From contig JAIOWZ010000004.1 in NCBI GenBank assembly GCA_021741905.1, positions 258-64,257 on the forward strand: a DNA stretch of 64,000 nucleotides, read 5' to 3'. A program made the position numbers and the translations under genes. The DNA comes from Candidatus Planktophila sp. GTDB lineage: Bacteria; Actinomycetota; Actinomycetes; Nanopelagicales; Nanopelagicaceae. Under the pieces are notes generated by a model. It was not told where the DNA came from, did no database searches, and worked only from the letters and a program-made list of their open reading frames with translations. Positions 18,992 to 31,329 of this stretch are shown here, piece by piece. Numbering within the stretch: position 1 is the stretch's first letter; every line of letters begins with the position of its first letter.

Positions 18992-21640
18992 CTATTCAGC
19001 CAACAAGGAACGCAGGACATACTGCATGATTCCACCGTGTCGATAGTAATCAGCCTCGCCCGGCGTATCGATACGAACCTTTGCAGAAAAGGTAACTGAG
19101 CCTGCAGTAACTGTTAGCTCCTTTGGAACTCCCCCACTGTTAAGTGCGGTAATTCCTGTAATTGCAAATGTCTCAGTCCCAGTAAGGCCAAGGGAGGCAG
19201 CGGTTTGGCCATCCTTAAACTGCAAAGGCAGGACACCCATTCCAATCAGGTTTGAGCGGTGAATGCGTTCGAAACTTTCAGCGATAACTGCGCGAACACC
19301 AAGGAGGGCAGTTCCCTTTGCGGCCCAGTCACGTGAAGAACCGGATCCGTACTCTTTACCAGCAAGAATAACTAATGGAGTCCCTGCAGCTTGGTATGCA
19401 ACAGATGCATCATAAATAGTTGTTTGCTCGCCACCAGCTAAGAAGTTACGAGTAAATCCGCCTTCAACGCCATCCAGCAGAAGATTTTTTAAGCGAATAT
19501 TTGCAAAGGTTCCGCGGATCATAACTTCGTGATTTCCTCGGCGTGAGCCATAGGAATTGAAATCAGTCCGCTCAATTCCATGCTCAGCAAGGTACTTACC
19601 AGCAGGTGAATCAGCCTTGATATTACCTGCCGGTGAAATATGGTCAGTTGTGACAGAGTCACCTAAGACTGCAAGCACGCGAGCAGCTGAAATATCTGTC
19701 ACAGGTGTTGGCTGCTTAGGCATTCCTTCAAAATAAGGGGGTTTGCGCACATAAGTTGATTTTGCATCCCACTCGAAAGTTTTGCCTGTTGGTGTAGCAA
19801 GTGACTTCCAGCGATGGTCGCCTTCAAAGACAGTTGCATAATCTTTCTTAAACATCTCAGAGGAAATAGAAGAGTCAATCACGCTCTGAATCTCCTGAGG
19901 TGATGGCCAAATATCTCTCAGGTAAACATCGTTTCCGCTTGAATCCTTACCTAATGAATCTTTTTCAAAATCATGATCCATAGTTCCGGCGATTGCATAA
20001 GCAACAACAAGTGGAGGCGAGGCCAGGTAGTTCATCTTCACATCTGGGCTAATGCGACCTTCAAAGTTTCTGTTACCTGACAAGACCGCGGTAACAGCCA
20101 AATCTGATTCATTGATTGCCTTGCTAATATCAATTGGAAGAGGGCCTGAGTTTCCGATACAAGTAACGCACCCGTAGCCAACAAGGTTGAAGCCAAGAGC
20201 TTCCATGTACTGTGTTAAATCGGCGCGATCGTAGTAATCGGTCACAACCTTTGATCCTGGAGCAAGGGTTGTCTTAACCCAAGGCTTTGACTTTAGGCCC
20301 TTTTGCACAGCTTTCTTTGCAAGAAGTGCTGCGCCGATCATGACAGATGGATTTGAGGTATTGGTGCAAGAGGTAATGGATGCAATAACTACATCGCCGT
20401 TTTTGACTCGAGTTGAACCTGCAGCTACTTCGCCTCTATCAGTCTTATCGCTGTAATAAGTTGGAACTATCTTTTCGTACGCATTCTTTGAATCACTCAA
20501 AGAAATACGATCCTGAGGTCGCTTTGGACCTGAAATAGATGGAACAACAGTTGAAAGATCTAGCTCTACAACTTGGGAGAAACGTGGCTCAACAGATGGG
20601 TCATGCCACATTCCCTGCTTCTTTGCATACTGTTCAACTAATGCGACCTGATCATCACTGCGACCTGTAAGGCGTAGATACCGAAGAGTTTCTTCATCTA
20701 TTGGGAAGATGGCACATGTCGAACCGTATTCAGGACTCATGTTTCCAATTGTTGTTCGGTTGGCCATAGGAACAGTTGTAACGCCTGGGCCAAAGAACTC
20801 AACAAACTTTCCAACAACTCCCACCTTGCGCAGGATTTCAGTAATGGTCAATGCCATGTCTGTAGCTGTTGTGCCAAGAGGCAAAGCGCCCGTTAGTTTG
20901 AAGCCAACTACACGTGGGATCAACATCGATACTGGCTGACCTAACAACGCTGCTTCTGCCTCGATTCCACCAACACCCCAGCCAAGCACACCCAATCCAT
21001 TAACCATAGTTGTGTGTGAATCTGTTCCCACAACTGTGTCAGGGTATGCACGAAGTGTTCCAGCAACGGTGCGGGTCATAACTACGCGCGCTAGGTACTC
21101 AATGTTTACCTGGTGCACAATTCCTGTTCCAGGGGGAACAACCTTGAACTCATCAAATGCGGTCTGACCCCAGCGCAAGAAACGGTAGCGCTCTTGATTT
21201 CGCTGGTATTCAATATCTGTGTTTTGCTCAAAAGAATCCTTGGTTCCGAACTTATCTGCAATGACAGAGTGATCGATTACGAGTTCAGCCGGAGCCAGGG
21301 GGTTCACCTTTGAAGCATCTCCCCCAAGTTCAACAATTGCCTCGCGCATGGTCGCAAGATCAACTATGCATGGCACGCCCGTGAAGTCCTGCATGATCAC
21401 ACGAGCAGGAGTGAACTGAATTTCAGTATCTGGTTCTACGGTTGGGTCCCATGAAGCTAAAGCTTTGATGTGATCGGCGGTGATATTTGCGCCATCTTCG
21501 GTTCGAAGTAAGTTCTCGAGAAGAACCTTGAGGCTAAATGGAAGGCTTGAGGCACCTTCGATTGAGGAGATATCGAAAATCTCAAAACTCTTGCCCGCAA
21601 CATCTAAATTCTTTTTTGCGTTAAAAGAGTTTTTACTCAT
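18992..21640 (-). CDS. acnA: Aconitate hydratase A
   Basis: [43 protein letters not shown]; start moved to ATG 21640. Confidence 0.97.
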   Translation of the reverse strand: MSKNSFNAKKNLDVAGKSFEIFDISSIEGASSLPFSLKVLLENLLRTEDGANITADHIKALASWDPTVEPDTEIQFTPARVIMQDFTGVPCIVDLATMREAIVELGGDASKVNPLAPAELVIDHSVIADKFGTKDSFEQNTDIEYQRNQERYRFLRWGQTAFDEFKVVPPGTGIVHQVNIEYLARVVMTRTVAGTLRAYPDTVVGTDSHTTMVNGLGVLGWGVGGIEAEAALLGQPVSMLIPRVVGFKLTGALPLGTTATDMALTITEILRKVGVVGKFVEFFGPGVTTVPMANRTTIGNMSPEYGSTCAIFPIDEETLRYLRLTGRSDDQVALVEQYAKKQGMWHDPSVEPRFSQVVELDLSTVVPSISGPKRPQDRISLSDSKNAYEKIVPTYYSDKTDRGEVAAGSTRVKNGDVVIASITSCTNTSNPSVMIGAALLAKKAVQKGLKSKPWVKTTLAPGSKVVTDYYDRADLTQYMEALGFNLVGYGCVTCIGNSGPLPIDISKAINESDLAVTAVLSGNRNFEGRISPDVKMNYLASPPLVVAYAIAGTMDHDFEKDSLGKDSSGNDVYLRDIWPSPQEIQSVIDSSISSEMFKKDYATVFEGDHRWKSLATPTGKTFEWDAKSTYVRKPPYFEGMPKQPTPVTDISAARVLAVLGDSVTTDHISPAGNIKADSPAGKYLAEHGIERTDFNSYGSRRGNHEVMIRGTFANIRLKNLLLDGVEGGFTRNFLAGGEQTTIYDASVAYQAAGTPLVILAGKEYGSGSSRDWAAKGTALLGVRAVIAESFERIHRSNLIGMGVLPLQFKDGQTAASLGLTGTETFAITGITALNSGGVPKELTVTAGSVTFSAKVRIDTPGEADYYRHGGIMQYVLRSLLAE

Positions 21641-21662
21641 TATTTGCCTTTCGTAGAAGCCT

Positions 21663-22886
21663 TTAGAGTGCTGAAGATACCTCAGCGCGCTCATACAGAG
21701 CAACACATTCGATGTGATGTGTCATTGGAAAGAGATCAAAAGCACGCATTTTTACGAGTGAATAACTGTGATCTGCCAGATATGCAGTATCTCTGGCTAG
21801 TGCAGCAGGATCACAGGCCACGTAGACAATCGCGCGTGGCGCTAATCGTGCTATGTGAGCGACTGCCTCTTTGCCGGCGCCATCTCGAGGCGGATCTAAA
21901 ACAACCACATCCGCTGCAGAAATACGTGGTAACAACTTTGCTACATCGCCAGTTGCAATAGTTATGTTTGAGTAAGCAGCAAAATTACGAGCCGCATCTG
22001 CTGTTGCAACCTTGCTGCCTTCAATTAAATCAACATGTCCTGTTGGACCAACCGCATCCACAATTGCAGCTGAAAATAAACCAACACCGCCATAGAGATC
22101 TAAAACATGCTCGCCAACTTGTAATTGTGCATAATCAAGCACTGCCTGTGTCAAAACTTCAGGCGCTTTTTTATGACTCTGCCAAAAAGATTCCTGACTA
22201 ACTTCTACTGTTCTACCTAATACATTTTCATGAAGTACCGCTGGTCCTTCAGTCAGGCGAGCCTTTTCTTCCCCACGTGTTGGTGCCAATGCAATTGAAC
22301 GCTCACCCGTATTTGATGAGCTGATTTCAACTCGAACATCACCCTTGAGATCACGGCTTGCAATCTCGCTAAAGTTCATGCCCTCAACACAAATGAGGCA
22401 ATCTGTTACAGGCGCAATTGAATGAGACCTGGACTTAAAGAATCCCAGCTTTCCATTACGGTCAGTGGTCGCGATAGCACGTGTGCGCCAATAGGTGCTT
22501 GCATCAACTTCTTCCACATCTATTTGCAGATCAATCTTTGCCATGCGCGCGAATTGCTCAGCGATTACATCGGATTTCAATGTGCGCTGATGAGCTACTG
22601 AAATATGCTGGAAATCGCATCCACCACAGCCGTTTCGATGTGCGAAGCTGCAAGGAGCAACCACGCGGAACTCTGAGGGAGTCTCTACTGAAACCACATC
22701 AGCGCGATTAAAGGATTTTCCAATGCTTGTGATTTGAATGGTGCAATTTTCGCCCGGAATCGCGTGTCGAACAAAGATCACCGCCCCTTCGTGGCGCGCA
22801 ATGAAGTGTCCCCCATGCGCCACTTTTTCAATGGTGACCTGCACCAAATCTCCATTTTTCAGGGTTGAACTCTTGTTTGATGCCAT
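21663..22886 (-). CDS. rlmD: TRAM-domain RNA (uracil-5)-methyltransferase, RlmD/RumA family
   Basis: TRAM N-terminus, C...[30 protein letters not shown]. Confidence 0.87.
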   Translation of the reverse strand: MASNKSSTLKNGDLVQVTIEKVAHGGHFIARHEGAVIFVRHAIPGENCTIQITSIGKSFNRADVVSVETPSEFRVVAPCSFAHRNGCGGCDFQHISVAHQRTLKSDVIAEQFARMAKIDLQIDVEEVDASTYWRTRAIATTDRNGKLGFFKSRSHSIAPVTDCLICVEGMNFSEIASRDLKGDVRVEISSSNTGERSIALAPTRGEEKARLTEGPAVLHENVLGRTVEVSQESFWQSHKKAPEVLTQAVLDYAQLQVGEHVLDLYGGVGLFSAAIVDAVGPTGHVDLIEGSKVATADAARNFAAYSNITIATGDVAKLLPRISAADVVVLDPPRDGAGKEAVAHIARLAPRAIVYVACDPAALARDTAYLADHSYSLVKMRAFDLFPMTHHIECVALYERAEVSSAL

Positions 22887-22918
22887 GGATGTAAGCCTAT
22901 GGGTGTAAGTTACATCCT

Positions 22919-23587
22919 GTGCACGTAGTCATCATGGGTTGCGGTCGAGTTGGTTCATCACTCGCCACCGAACTCGAAGCAGCCGGTCATACAGTCTCAG
23001 TCATCGACCAGGCTCGTGAAGCATTTCGCAGGCTAGGTCCAGACTTCAAGGGACGAACTGTCACTGGAGTTGGCTTTGACCGCGAAGTCTTACTAGAAGC
23101 CGGAATTCAAGATGCTGATGCTTTCGCGGCTGTAAGTAACGGTGACAACTCAAATATTCTGGCAGCGCGTGTCGCTCGTGAAAATTATGGTGTCCAAAAT
23201 GTTGTTGCACGAATTTATGATCCAGGACGTGCTGAAATTTATCAGCGCCTAGGAATTCCTACTGTTGCAACTGTTTTATGGGCCACTGATCAAATCCTTC
23301 GTCGCCTTGCTCCAGAAGGCTCTAAGTCTGAATGGCGCGATGCGACAGGAATGGTGCAACTGTGCGAAATGCATCCACACAGCAATTGGTATGGCCGTCC
23401 AATACTTTTGATTGACACCCTAACCCCTGCGCGTGTGGCATTCATTACACGCCTAGGTGAAGGCTTGATCCCTGATGAGCACACCGTTTTGCAACAAGGC
23501 GATCTCATTCATGTGATGGTCTCAGATGCAGATGTAGCTCGCACTGAAGTAATCCTTGCAAGTAGCCCAGAAGGTGAACGTCAATGA
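22919..23587 (+). CDS. trkA: TrkA-family potassium uptake regulatory protein (CeoB-like)
   Basis: MHVVIMGCGRVG RCK-N motif plus RCK-C. Confidence 0.9.
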   Translation: MHVVIMGCGRVGSSLATELEAAGHTVSVIDQAREAFRRLGPDFKGRTVTGVGFDREVLLEAGIQDADAFAAVSNGDNSNILAARVARENYGVQNVVARIYDPGRAEIYQRLGIPTVATVLWATDQILRRLAPEGSKSEWRDATGMVQLCEMHPHSNWYGRPILLIDTLTPARVAFITRLGEGLIPDEHTVLQQGDLIHVMVSDADVARTEVILASSPEGERQ

Positions 23588-24240
23588 GAATTGCAATTGC
23601 TGGAGCCGGAAATGTGGGAAGAGCAATCGCTCGCGAACTACTAGACAATGGTCATCAAGTTCTCTTGATTGACAAGGACCCTAAAGCCCTGAAATTAGAG
23701 AGCGTTCCAGATGCTGAATGGCTAATGGCCGATGCATGTGAAATTACATCTCTTGATAACGCCCATCTCAACAATTGCCAGGTATTAGTAGCAGCTACCG
23801 GCGATGACAAGGCAAATCTTGTTACATCTCTACTTGGTAAGACTGAGTATGGTGTGCCCAGAGTTATTGCCCGAATTAATCATCCAAAGAATGAATGGCT
23901 TTTTGATTCTTCATGGGGCGTAGATGTTGCTGTGTCTACGCCGCGCATAATTTCCGCCCTCGTTGAAGAAGCAGTAAGTGTCGGCGATGTTGTTCGTTTG
24001 TTCTCGTTTAGAAAAGGCCAAGCTAACCTTGTTGAATTGACGCTTCCAGATGGATCAGCATGCCTGGGCAAAACTGTTGAAGAGATTGAACTACCTGAAA
24101 ATGCAGCTATCGCTGCGATTGTTCGAGATGGACGAGTTATAACTGCTAAAGCCCACGATGTATTTGCTGCTGGAGATGAATTGCTGTTTGTAGCATCAGC
24201 AGATGCTGAATCGCTAATTAAAGCTTGTTTTATCTCTTAA
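23584..24240 (+). CDS. trkA: TrkA-family potassium uptake regulatory protein (CeoC-like)
   Basis: MRIAIAGAGNVG, ATGDDKANL, WGVDVAVSTPR. Confidence 0.9.
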   Translation: MRIAIAGAGNVGRAIARELLDNGHQVLLIDKDPKALKLESVPDAEWLMADACEITSLDNAHLNNCQVLVAATGDDKANLVTSLLGKTEYGVPRVIARINHPKNEWLFDSSWGVDVAVSTPRIISALVEEAVSVGDVVRLFSFRKGQANLVELTLPDGSACLGKTVEEIELPENAAIAAIVRDGRVITAKAHDVFAAGDELLFVASADAESLIKACFIS

Positions 24241-24857
24241 TCAGTTACCTTTTGTACAGGCGGTCCAGCCTTAATCACCAACCACGTCGCATATGCTGTT
24301 GCAATGAACAATGGATAACCCATCGCTAAGTTAACCGTTCCCAATAAATTCACGTCTTTACTCAGATAAATCGGAAATTGCACGGCGAAACGAGTGAAAA
24401 ACATTGCAACCCAAATCCAACTTGCTTTGATATACATTTTCTTGCGAGCAGGATTGTTTCGCCAGGTGACATTTTCACCCAAAAGCGGTCCAAGAACCAG
24501 GCCCAAGATTGGCCATCCAACAAGATTTGCAATCAAATACGCAGTTCCATACCCAAGGTTTACCAGGAGTTTTGGCCAATAAAAATCAATTGCATTGCCA
24601 CTGCGATTTGCGAAATAGGCACAAATCAAAACTCCGATTACTCCAGAAACAGAATGCTGGATCGTATCTTTCATGATCAATCTAATTATTGCTAATGTCA
24701 TTGAGAGAGAAAGTGCCGCCCAAATAGCGGTGTTTAACTCTTTTGTAAGATTAAAAACAATTAGGAAAACGACTGCTGGCACACCTGAATCAATCAGGCC
24801 TTTTTTTCCCCCTAAAGCGTTAACAACTTTGTCACGATCTTCATTATGTTGACTCAT
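24237..24857 (-). CDS. DUF3159 membrane protein
   Basis: LGGKKGLIDS..P, WPILG, VQFPIY, MGYPL; conserved position between dut and trkA. Confidence 0.82.
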   Translation of the reverse strand: MSQHNEDRDKVVNALGGKKGLIDSGVPAVVFLIVFNLTKELNTAIWAALSLSMTLAIIRLIMKDTIQHSVSGVIGVLICAYFANRSGNAIDFYWPKLLVNLGYGTAYLIANLVGWPILGLVLGPLLGENVTWRNNPARKKMYIKASWIWVAMFFTRFAVQFPIYLSKDVNLLGTVNLAMGYPLFIATAYATWLVIKAGPPVQKVTD

Positions 24858-25291
24858 CCCGTTGATCCAAAGCCACCAGACCCACGACCAGAGCCAGGAA
24901 GCTCTTGCACTTCCACGAATTCTGCGCGCTCAACCTTTTGAATGACCAATTGCGCAATTCGATCACCCACTTTAAATGTAATAGCTTCCTTTGGGTCATG
25001 GTTGATCATGATGCACTGCAATTCGCCGCGATAACCTGCATCCACGGTTCCAGGAGCATTAACCATTGTTACCCCATGCTTAATAGCTAAACCTGAACGT
25101 GGATGAACTAAGGCAACATACCCATCGGGTAGTGCAATTGAGATTCCAGTGGGAACAAGTGCGCGCTCTCCTGGTTGTAATGTCACATCAACGCGACTCA
25201 CAATATCTGCGCCAGCATCTCCGCCTTTTGCATAAACCGGAAGAGGTACTGAGGGATCCAAACGGGTAATTAATACCTGCACCTTGCCCAT
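24854..25291 (-). CDS. dut: dUTP diphosphatase
   Basis: DAGAD, PRSGLA, GTVDAGYRGE, DRIAQL, RGSGGFGSTG. Confidence 0.97.
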   Translation of the reverse strand: MGKVQVLITRLDPSVPLPVYAKGGDAGADIVSRVDVTLQPGERALVPTGISIALPDGYVALVHPRSGLAIKHGVTMVNAPGTVDAGYRGELQCIMINHDPKEAITFKVGDRIAQLVIQKVERAEFVEVQELPGSGRGSGGFGSTG

Positions 25292-25293
25292 GG

Positions 25294-25878
25294 TTATGGG
25301 TTTATCTCGAAAGTTGGATCGACAAATGCCATTAACTCAGGAGTCTTGGCCATTTGTTCTAAATACTCTTTAGGTGCGTTATTCATGAAGTGATCCATAG
25401 GAACAATTATATAAAGGGCTGCAGCTCGAACAGCGATTTCACCATCTGCAGAGTTAAGCCGCCCAATTGCTGATGTATAGACCTTGCGATTTACCTGTCC
25501 AGTAATCTCTGCAGTTATATGCAAGGTGCTGCCCATCGGAACTGGCTTAATAAAATCTGTTTCTAAGCGCCCTGTCACCGCTGGTGCACGCAGCAACCAC
25601 ATCAACTTTCCGAGTGCTTCATCAAATGCTAAGGACAGAAGTCCACCATGGGCCAAACCTGGAGCTCCTTGATGATTTTCATTGACCGTAAACTCGGCGG
25701 TGATATTTAATCCTTCGCCAGCATAAGCAACTAAATGTAAGCCGGTTGGATGTAACTCACCACAACCAAAACAATGGCCGAAATGTGATGGAATTCTAGA
25801 ACCGACAACTGGTGCTTGCGCATGACGCTCTGGAATGGGTGCTCCTTCAGGAGCAGTTGTACTTGGAATCCGAGCCAT
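25294..25878 (-). CDS. PaaI-family hotdog thioesterase
   Basis: CFGCG, HQGAPGLAHGG, DEALG. Confidence 0.85.
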   Translation of the reverse strand: MARIPSTTAPEGAPIPERHAQAPVVGSRIPSHFGHCFGCGELHPTGLHLVAYAGEGLNITAEFTVNENHQGAPGLAHGGLLSLAFDEALGKLMWLLRAPAVTGRLETDFIKPVPMGSTLHITAEITGQVNRKVYTSAIGRLNSADGEIAVRAAALYIIVPMDHFMNNAPKEYLEQMAKTPELMAFVDPTFEINP

Positions 25879-25919
25879 ATGGCAAGGTTACCGCCTTCAA
25901 ATCCGATACGGTAACTCCC

Positions 25920-26363
25920 ATGCGTTACCGCGAAGTGATACATGCACCACTATGGCTCTTAGCCATAATTTACTTCTTCATGCTCACATTGGTTATTTCG
26001 ATCTGGTCGGCACTTGGAAACAATGCTGCGTTGATCACCCTTGCAGCAGTTACTGCCACTCTCGTCTGGATATATTCTGGGACCGCTTTAACTATTGAAG
26101 TTGATCGTAAAGAACTTCGGGTTGGAAAGGCGCATATCGACCTGAATTTTATTGCTCATTGCGTGAATCTAGATAATGAAGCAATTCGACTAATCAGAAC
26201 ACGTGATGCAGATCCGCGCGCCTATCTCGCAATCAGATTTTGGGCATCAAAAGGCGTCAAAGTAGAAATAAATGACACAAGGGATTCAACCCCATATTGG
26301 TTGATAAGCAGTAACCGCGGAGCTGAACTAATAAAAGCTATAAAACTAGAACCTAAGAGTTAA
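25920..26363 (+). CDS. DUF3093 membrane protein
   Basis: MRYRE...W, two TM segments, LRVGKAHI, DPRAYL, TPYWLISS; start moved to ATG 25920. Confidence 0.85.
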   Translation: MRYREVIHAPLWLLAIIYFFMLTLVISIWSALGNNAALITLAAVTATLVWIYSGTALTIEVDRKELRVGKAHIDLNFIAHCVNLDNEAIRLIRTRDADPRAYLAIRFWASKGVKVEINDTRDSTPYWLISSNRGAELIKAIKLEPKS

Positions 26364-26656
26364 TTGCACTCTTTGCAAACAGCTTTAGCGCCTTCGCCCT
26401 TAGCAAGCTGAGTAACGTGGTGGACCAGGAAGCATCGTGAGCATGTGAACTCATCTACTTGTTTTGGAACAACACGCACTGCCAACTCTTCGCCTGATAA
26501 ATCTGCACCAGGTAGTTCAAGATTTTCTGCAGCCTCTGCTTCATCCACATCGATCTGACCGGATTGAGCATCAACACGCTTGGCCTTGAGTTCTTCTAGA
26601 GACTCCTCATGAAGTTCCTCATCAGTTTTTCTGGGTGTGTCGTAATCTGTTGCCAT
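26360..26656 (-). CDS. DUF4193 family protein
   Basis: MATDYDTPRK, ELPGADLSGEEL, DEFTCSRCFLVHH, C-terminal CKEC. Confidence 0.92.
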   Translation of the reverse strand: MATDYDTPRKTDEELHEESLEELKAKRVDAQSGQIDVDEAEAAENLELPGADLSGEELAVRVVPKQVDEFTCSRCFLVHHVTQLAKGEGAKAVCKECN

Positions 26657-26755
26657 TGCTCTCACCGCCTTTCAATAATTGCTCGTAAGTGCTTTCGGGC
26701 GCATCATGGCGCATTTACGGGGGTTATGGTGGATATAACCGCTGGCGTGTCGGTG

Positions 26756-28219
26756 TTATTGCCCACTTGTGTGGGAATTCTCGATTCTTTGAGCCAATCC
26801 TCCGTTAACGCGGGCGTGAATCGAAGTTCCTTCCGGCAAATACTGCTCAGAAAAGATTTCTCCACTTTCATGAATTGCGTGGACCAAATCACCCCGGTCA
26901 TACGGAATTACAACATTAATCTCGATAGAAGGCCGTGGCAGAGAACTTTCAATTGCATGTAACAAACCTTCAATGCCAAAACCAGTACGGACGGAAAAGG
27001 CATAGCTATTGGGCTCTTTGCGTAATATCTCCATGATCACTTCTGGATCTGCAACATCTACCTTATTGATGGCGATAATTTCGGGGATATCTTTGCCACC
27101 GATTTCATCTATTACTAATCTGACAGCTCGGATCTGTTCAAATGGATCTGGATGAGATCCATCTACCACGTGCACGATGAGATCTGATTCAGATACCTCT
27201 TCGAGAGTTGATTTAAATGCATCAATCAATTGATGTGGAAGATGTCGCACAAAACCCACTGTGTCGCTTAATGTATACACGCGACCATCTGCTGTTTCGG
27301 ATTTACGGACGGTCGGATCAAGAGTGGCAAAGAGTGCATTCTCGACAAGCACCCCTGCATTCGTTAACTTGTTTAACAATGATGATTTACCAGCATTTGT
27401 ATATCCTGCAATTGCAACTGATGGAATGTTAAACCTGCGGCGCTCTTGTCGCTTGGTATCTCTAGATACCTTCATCTCAGCAATCTCACGACGAAGTTTC
27501 GCCATCTTGTCGCGGATGCGACGCCTATCTGTTTCGATCTTAGTTTCACCTGGTCCTCGGCCACCAATACCAGCACCACCTGCTGCGCGACCACCAACCT
27601 GACGAGAAAGTGAATCTCCCCAACCGCGAAGACGCGGCAACAAGTAAGCGATCTGGGCAAGTTCAACCTGCGCCTTACCCTCTTTGCTCTTTGCATGTTG
27701 AGCAAAAATATCCAGAATCAAAGCGGTGCGATCGACAACCTTCACTTTCAATTTATCTTCTAACTGACGCAGTTGAGAGGGAGAGAGCTCACCATCACAC
27801 ACAACTGTGTCAGCACCCGTCGACATAACAACCTGTTTTAACTCTAGGACTTTTCCTGAACCAATGTAGGTTGCAGGATCTGGCTTATCACGGCGCTGTA
27901 TCAGGCCTTCTAGAACTTCAGATCCAGCTGTCTCTGCCAGTGCTTTTAGTTCTGCTAGTGAGTTTTCTGCATCCTTAATAGTTCCTTCAGTCCAAACGCC
28001 GACTAGGACAACACGTTCAAGTTGTAGCTGGCGATATTCAGCCTCAGAGATATCTTGAAGTTCAGTCGAGAATCCTTTAACGCGGCGCAGTGCGTGACGC
28101 TCTGAGAGCTCCAGTGATTGATCACTGTGTTCATCCTCATCGCTGGCATCGTATTCGGCAGCAACTCGGGCGCTTTCGCGCAGTAATGACTCGAATTCGT
28201 CATCGAAATCCTTACTCAA
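26756..28219 (-). CDS. hflX: GTPase HflX
   Basis: LILDIFAQHA, GPGETKIE, GYTNAGKS, LFATLD, DTVGF, NKVD; start probably TTG 28219. Confidence 0.95.
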   Translation of the reverse strand: MSKDFDDEFESLLRESARVAAEYDASDEDEHSDQSLELSERHALRRVKGFSTELQDISEAEYRQLQLERVVLVGVWTEGTIKDAENSLAELKALAETAGSEVLEGLIQRRDKPDPATYIGSGKVLELKQVVMSTGADTVVCDGELSPSQLRQLEDKLKVKVVDRTALILDIFAQHAKSKEGKAQVELAQIAYLLPRLRGWGDSLSRQVGGRAAGGAGIGGRGPGETKIETDRRRIRDKMAKLRREIAEMKVSRDTKRQERRRFNIPSVAIAGYTNAGKSSLLNKLTNAGVLVENALFATLDPTVRKSETADGRVYTLSDTVGFVRHLPHQLIDAFKSTLEEVSESDLIVHVVDGSHPDPFEQIRAVRLVIDEIGGKDIPEIIAINKVDVADPEVIMEILRKEPNSYAFSVRTGFGIEGLLHAIESSLPRPSIEINVVIPYDRGDLVHAIHESGEIFSEQYLPEGTSIHARVNGGLAQRIENSHTSGQ

Positions 28220-29012
28220 CCAAAAACCTCGAAATATCAACATCGCGAATTAAAACCGCAGGTCCTGTCAACGTTGCATTTGAGTGCCCGTCGATGGAAA
28301 CTTCTAACCGTCCACCTGGTGGCGTAATTATCCATGTTGCAGGCAACTTTGCTTTTGTATGTAACGTTGCGGCAAGTGCCACCGCGCAGGTGCCAGTACC
28401 GCAGGATCGAGTTTCACCAGATCCTCGTTCAAATACCCGCATCACAATTTCGTTACCTTGGATAATCTTTGCAAATTCGACATTAACCCCTTCAGGATAA
28501 GAATCTCGAGGGCGCACTATTGGAGCAACATCTAGTGAGCCAATATCAGACATCTCATTAACAAATACGACAGCATGAGGATTTCCAACACTTATGTTGT
28601 ACCCGTTCCAAATTTGACCATTAACTGAGGCAGTAATCGCCTCATCTTCATCAGTAACTTGACCCATATTTACTGAGATGTCATCTGTCATCGGCACACG
28701 TAAGTGTTTAACTCCATCCCGAGTATTAATAGCAAAAATGCCTTCGGGTTGATGGCCTCTTTCAACTAGGTATCTAGCCATCACGCGAATTCCGTTGCCG
28801 CACATCTCAGCGATTGATCCATCAGCGTTGCGGTAGTCCATAAACCATTTTTCATCACGCTTGATAATCCGAATTAAGCCATCAGCACCGATTCCAGTTT
28901 CGCGATTACAAATCGCAGCTGTTTGGGCAGTTGTTATCGAATTTTCATCCTTTGGATCAAAAATGAGGACGAAGTCATTTTCTGTCCCATGGCCATACGT
29001 TGCAATCATCAA
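28212..29012 (-). CDS. dapF: Diaminopimelate epimerase
   Basis: HGTENDF, EMCGNG, GNPH, ERGSGETRSCGTG. Confidence 0.96.
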   Translation of the reverse strand: MMIATYGHGTENDFVLIFDPKDENSITTAQTAAICNRETGIGADGLIRIIKRDEKWFMDYRNADGSIAEMCGNGIRVMARYLVERGHQPEGIFAINTRDGVKHLRVPMTDDISVNMGQVTDEDEAITASVNGQIWNGYNISVGNPHAVVFVNEMSDIGSLDVAPIVRPRDSYPEGVNVEFAKIIQGNEIVMRVFERGSGETRSCGTGTCAVALAATLHTKAKLPATWIITPPGGRLEVSIDGHSNATLTGPAVLIRDVDISRFLVE

Positions 29013-29014
29013 GG

Positions 29015-29911
29015 CTAGTTTATCGATTCAAGTATTCGCTGGAGTGCGTTTTGCGTCGGCGAGATCCAGGTAATGCGCTCATCACGTGAAAACCATGTTT
29101 CTTGTCGGCGCGCATACTGCCGAGTTGCTCGCTTAGTCTCTTCCTTTGCTTCCTCTTCAGTGACTTTTCCTTCAATCTGGGCAATGACTTGGGCATATCC
29201 CAGGGCGCGTTGGGCTGTAACGCCCTGTGTAATGCCTGCAACTATCAACTTCTCAGCCTCTGCTACTAATCCCTGTTCCCACATTCGATCCACGCGAATT
29301 GAAATCCGCTCAGATAATGCATCTCGATCCATTACTAATCCAAATTGCTGGGCGTTTGGGTAAAGAGAACTTGCTTCTCGTGGCAAATTAGCAGTAAAGG
29401 GCTTACCTGTAATTTTAATTACCTCTAATGCCCGAATTACCCGCCGAGAGTTCGCTCTATCGATAGCAAGGGCTGCGGCAGGATCTAACTTTTCTAATCT
29501 TTCAAAGAGTGGACCAATACCTTTTGTTGCAAACTCCAACTCCAATTCGGCCCGAACAACTGGATCTGTGTCGGGAAAGTTAAGCTCATCCAAAATTGCC
29601 TTGATATATAAACCTGTTCCACCAACGATAATTACATTCTTACCGCGGCCATGAATTTCAGTGATCGCTGCCCTTGCATGCTCTTGATACCAAGCCACAT
29701 TTGCATCTTGTGTGACATCTAATAGATCCATTAAATGATGAGGAATTCCTTTTCGCTCTTCAATTGTGATTTTGGCAGTACCGATATCCATACCCTTGTA
29801 TAACTGCATCGAGTCGGCGTTGATGATTTCGCCATCTATTTCTTGAGCAAGAGACACCGCTAAATTACTCTTACCCGTGGCGGTTGCGCCACAAATAACA
29901 ATCAACTTCAT
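29015..29911 (-). CDS. miaA: tRNA dimethylallyltransferase
   Basis: [38 protein letters not shown]. Confidence 0.96.
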   Translation of the reverse strand: MKLIVICGATATGKSNLAVSLAQEIDGEIINADSMQLYKGMDIGTAKITIEERKGIPHHLMDLLDVTQDANVAWYQEHARAAITEIHGRGKNVIIVGGTGLYIKAILDELNFPDTDPVVRAELELEFATKGIGPLFERLEKLDPAAALAIDRANSRRVIRALEVIKITGKPFTANLPREASSLYPNAQQFGLVMDRDALSERISIRVDRMWEQGLVAEAEKLIVAGITQGVTAQRALGYAQVIAQIEGKVTEEEAKEETKRATRQYARRQETWFSRDERITWISPTQNALQRILESIN

Positions 29912-31329
29912 CGTTTGACCGTTGGAATTCCAAGCATGGTTGCAGAAGGTCCAGGTTGTGCGATGCGGGCAGCATGGGCTTCTGCGCCTCTGGTTTGTCG
30001 AACAGATCGTGGATCACCAATCAAATAATGCGCAGAGGCATCTGTAATTGTCACAGTCACTTCATCGCCTGGTCGGGCTACACATGTGTTGTCAAAATGC
30101 ACCAATCGAAAGTCTTCGCTGCGACCCGTTAAGCGAGATTGTGCTTCATCGCGACGGCCTTCGTAATCCCCCACCAATATTTTATGTGTTGTTCCGATTG
30201 CTTCTTGATTAACGGACAATGAAATTGCCTGTTGATGATTGTGCAGGCGGGTGTACCGATCTGCTACTACATCATCTGCGATCTGATCGGGCATTGTTGC
30301 CGCCGGTGTTCCCGGGCGCTTTGAGTATTGATATGTATAAGCGGCGGTAAATCGCGCAGTAGAACACACATCAAGTGTTGCTTGGAAATCTTGTTCTGTT
30401 TCACCTGGGAATCCAACGATGATGTCAGTAGTTATAGCTGCGTGCGGGATTGCCGTGCGCACTCGGTCCAAAATGCCTAAATATCGATCAGAACGGTAGG
30501 AACGACGCATCTGCTGCAAAACTCGATCTGATCCTGATTGCAGTGGCATATGTAGATGTGGCATCACATTAGGGGTCTGGGCCATGGCCTCGATTACATC
30601 ATCTGTGAAATCTCGTGGGTGCGGAGACATGAAACGCACACGCTCTAAGCCATCAATTTTGCCGCATTCGCGTAATAAATTGGCAAAGGCCCGGCGGTCA
30701 CCAAAGTCAACACCATAGGCATTTACATTTTGACCTAGAAGAGTTACTTCAATAACGCCCTGATCAACCAGGGTCTTAACTTCAGTCAAGATGTCTGCCG
30801 CGGTGCGATCTTTTTCAATTCCGCGCAATGTGGGAACAATGCAAAAAGTACAGGTGTTATTACACCCCACTGATACAGATACCCAGGATGAGAATGCAGA
30901 AAGGCGACGGGCCGGCAGGGTTGACGGGAAGTGCTCTAGAGATTCCAGAATCTCTATCTGGGACTCTTCTTCTATCCGTGCACGTTCAAGCAAGACTGGC
31001 AAAGAGCCCACATTGTGCGTTCCAAAGACAACATCAACATAGGGTGCCTTCTTAATTATTGTCGCCTGATCTTTTTGCGCTAAACATCCACCCACAGCGA
31101 TCTGCATATTTGGGTTTAACTTCTTTATCGGAGCTAAGAAACTCAAATTTCCATACAGTTTGTTGTCAGCATTTTCTCGCACTGCACAGGTATTAAATAC
31201 AACAATGTCTGCTTGTTCACCGACTGTTACAGGAATATAGCCAGCCTCATCTAAGAGTCCGGCAATTCTTTCAGAGTCATGGACATTCATCTGACAGCCG
31301 TAGGTTTCGACTGTGTAGGTACGGGTCAT
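29908..31329 (-). CDS. miaB: tRNA-2-methylthio-N6-dimethylallyladenosine synthase
   Basis: [20 protein letters not shown] radical-SAM motif, TRAM domain. Confidence 0.96.
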   Translation of the reverse strand: MTRTYTVETYGCQMNVHDSERIAGLLDEAGYIPVTVGEQADIVVFNTCAVRENADNKLYGNLSFLAPIKKLNPNMQIAVGGCLAQKDQATIIKKAPYVDVVFGTHNVGSLPVLLERARIEEESQIEILESLEHFPSTLPARRLSAFSSWVSVSVGCNNTCTFCIVPTLRGIEKDRTAADILTEVKTLVDQGVIEVTLLGQNVNAYGVDFGDRRAFANLLRECGKIDGLERVRFMSPHPRDFTDDVIEAMAQTPNVMPHLHMPLQSGSDRVLQQMRRSYRSDRYLGILDRVRTAIPHAAITTDIIVGFPGETEQDFQATLDVCSTARFTAAYTYQYSKRPGTPAATMPDQIADDVVADRYTRLHNHQQAISLSVNQEAIGTTHKILVGDYEGRRDEAQSRLTGRSEDFRLVHFDNTCVARPGDEVTVTITDASAHYLIGDPRSVRQTRGAEAHAARIAQPGPSATMLGIPTVKR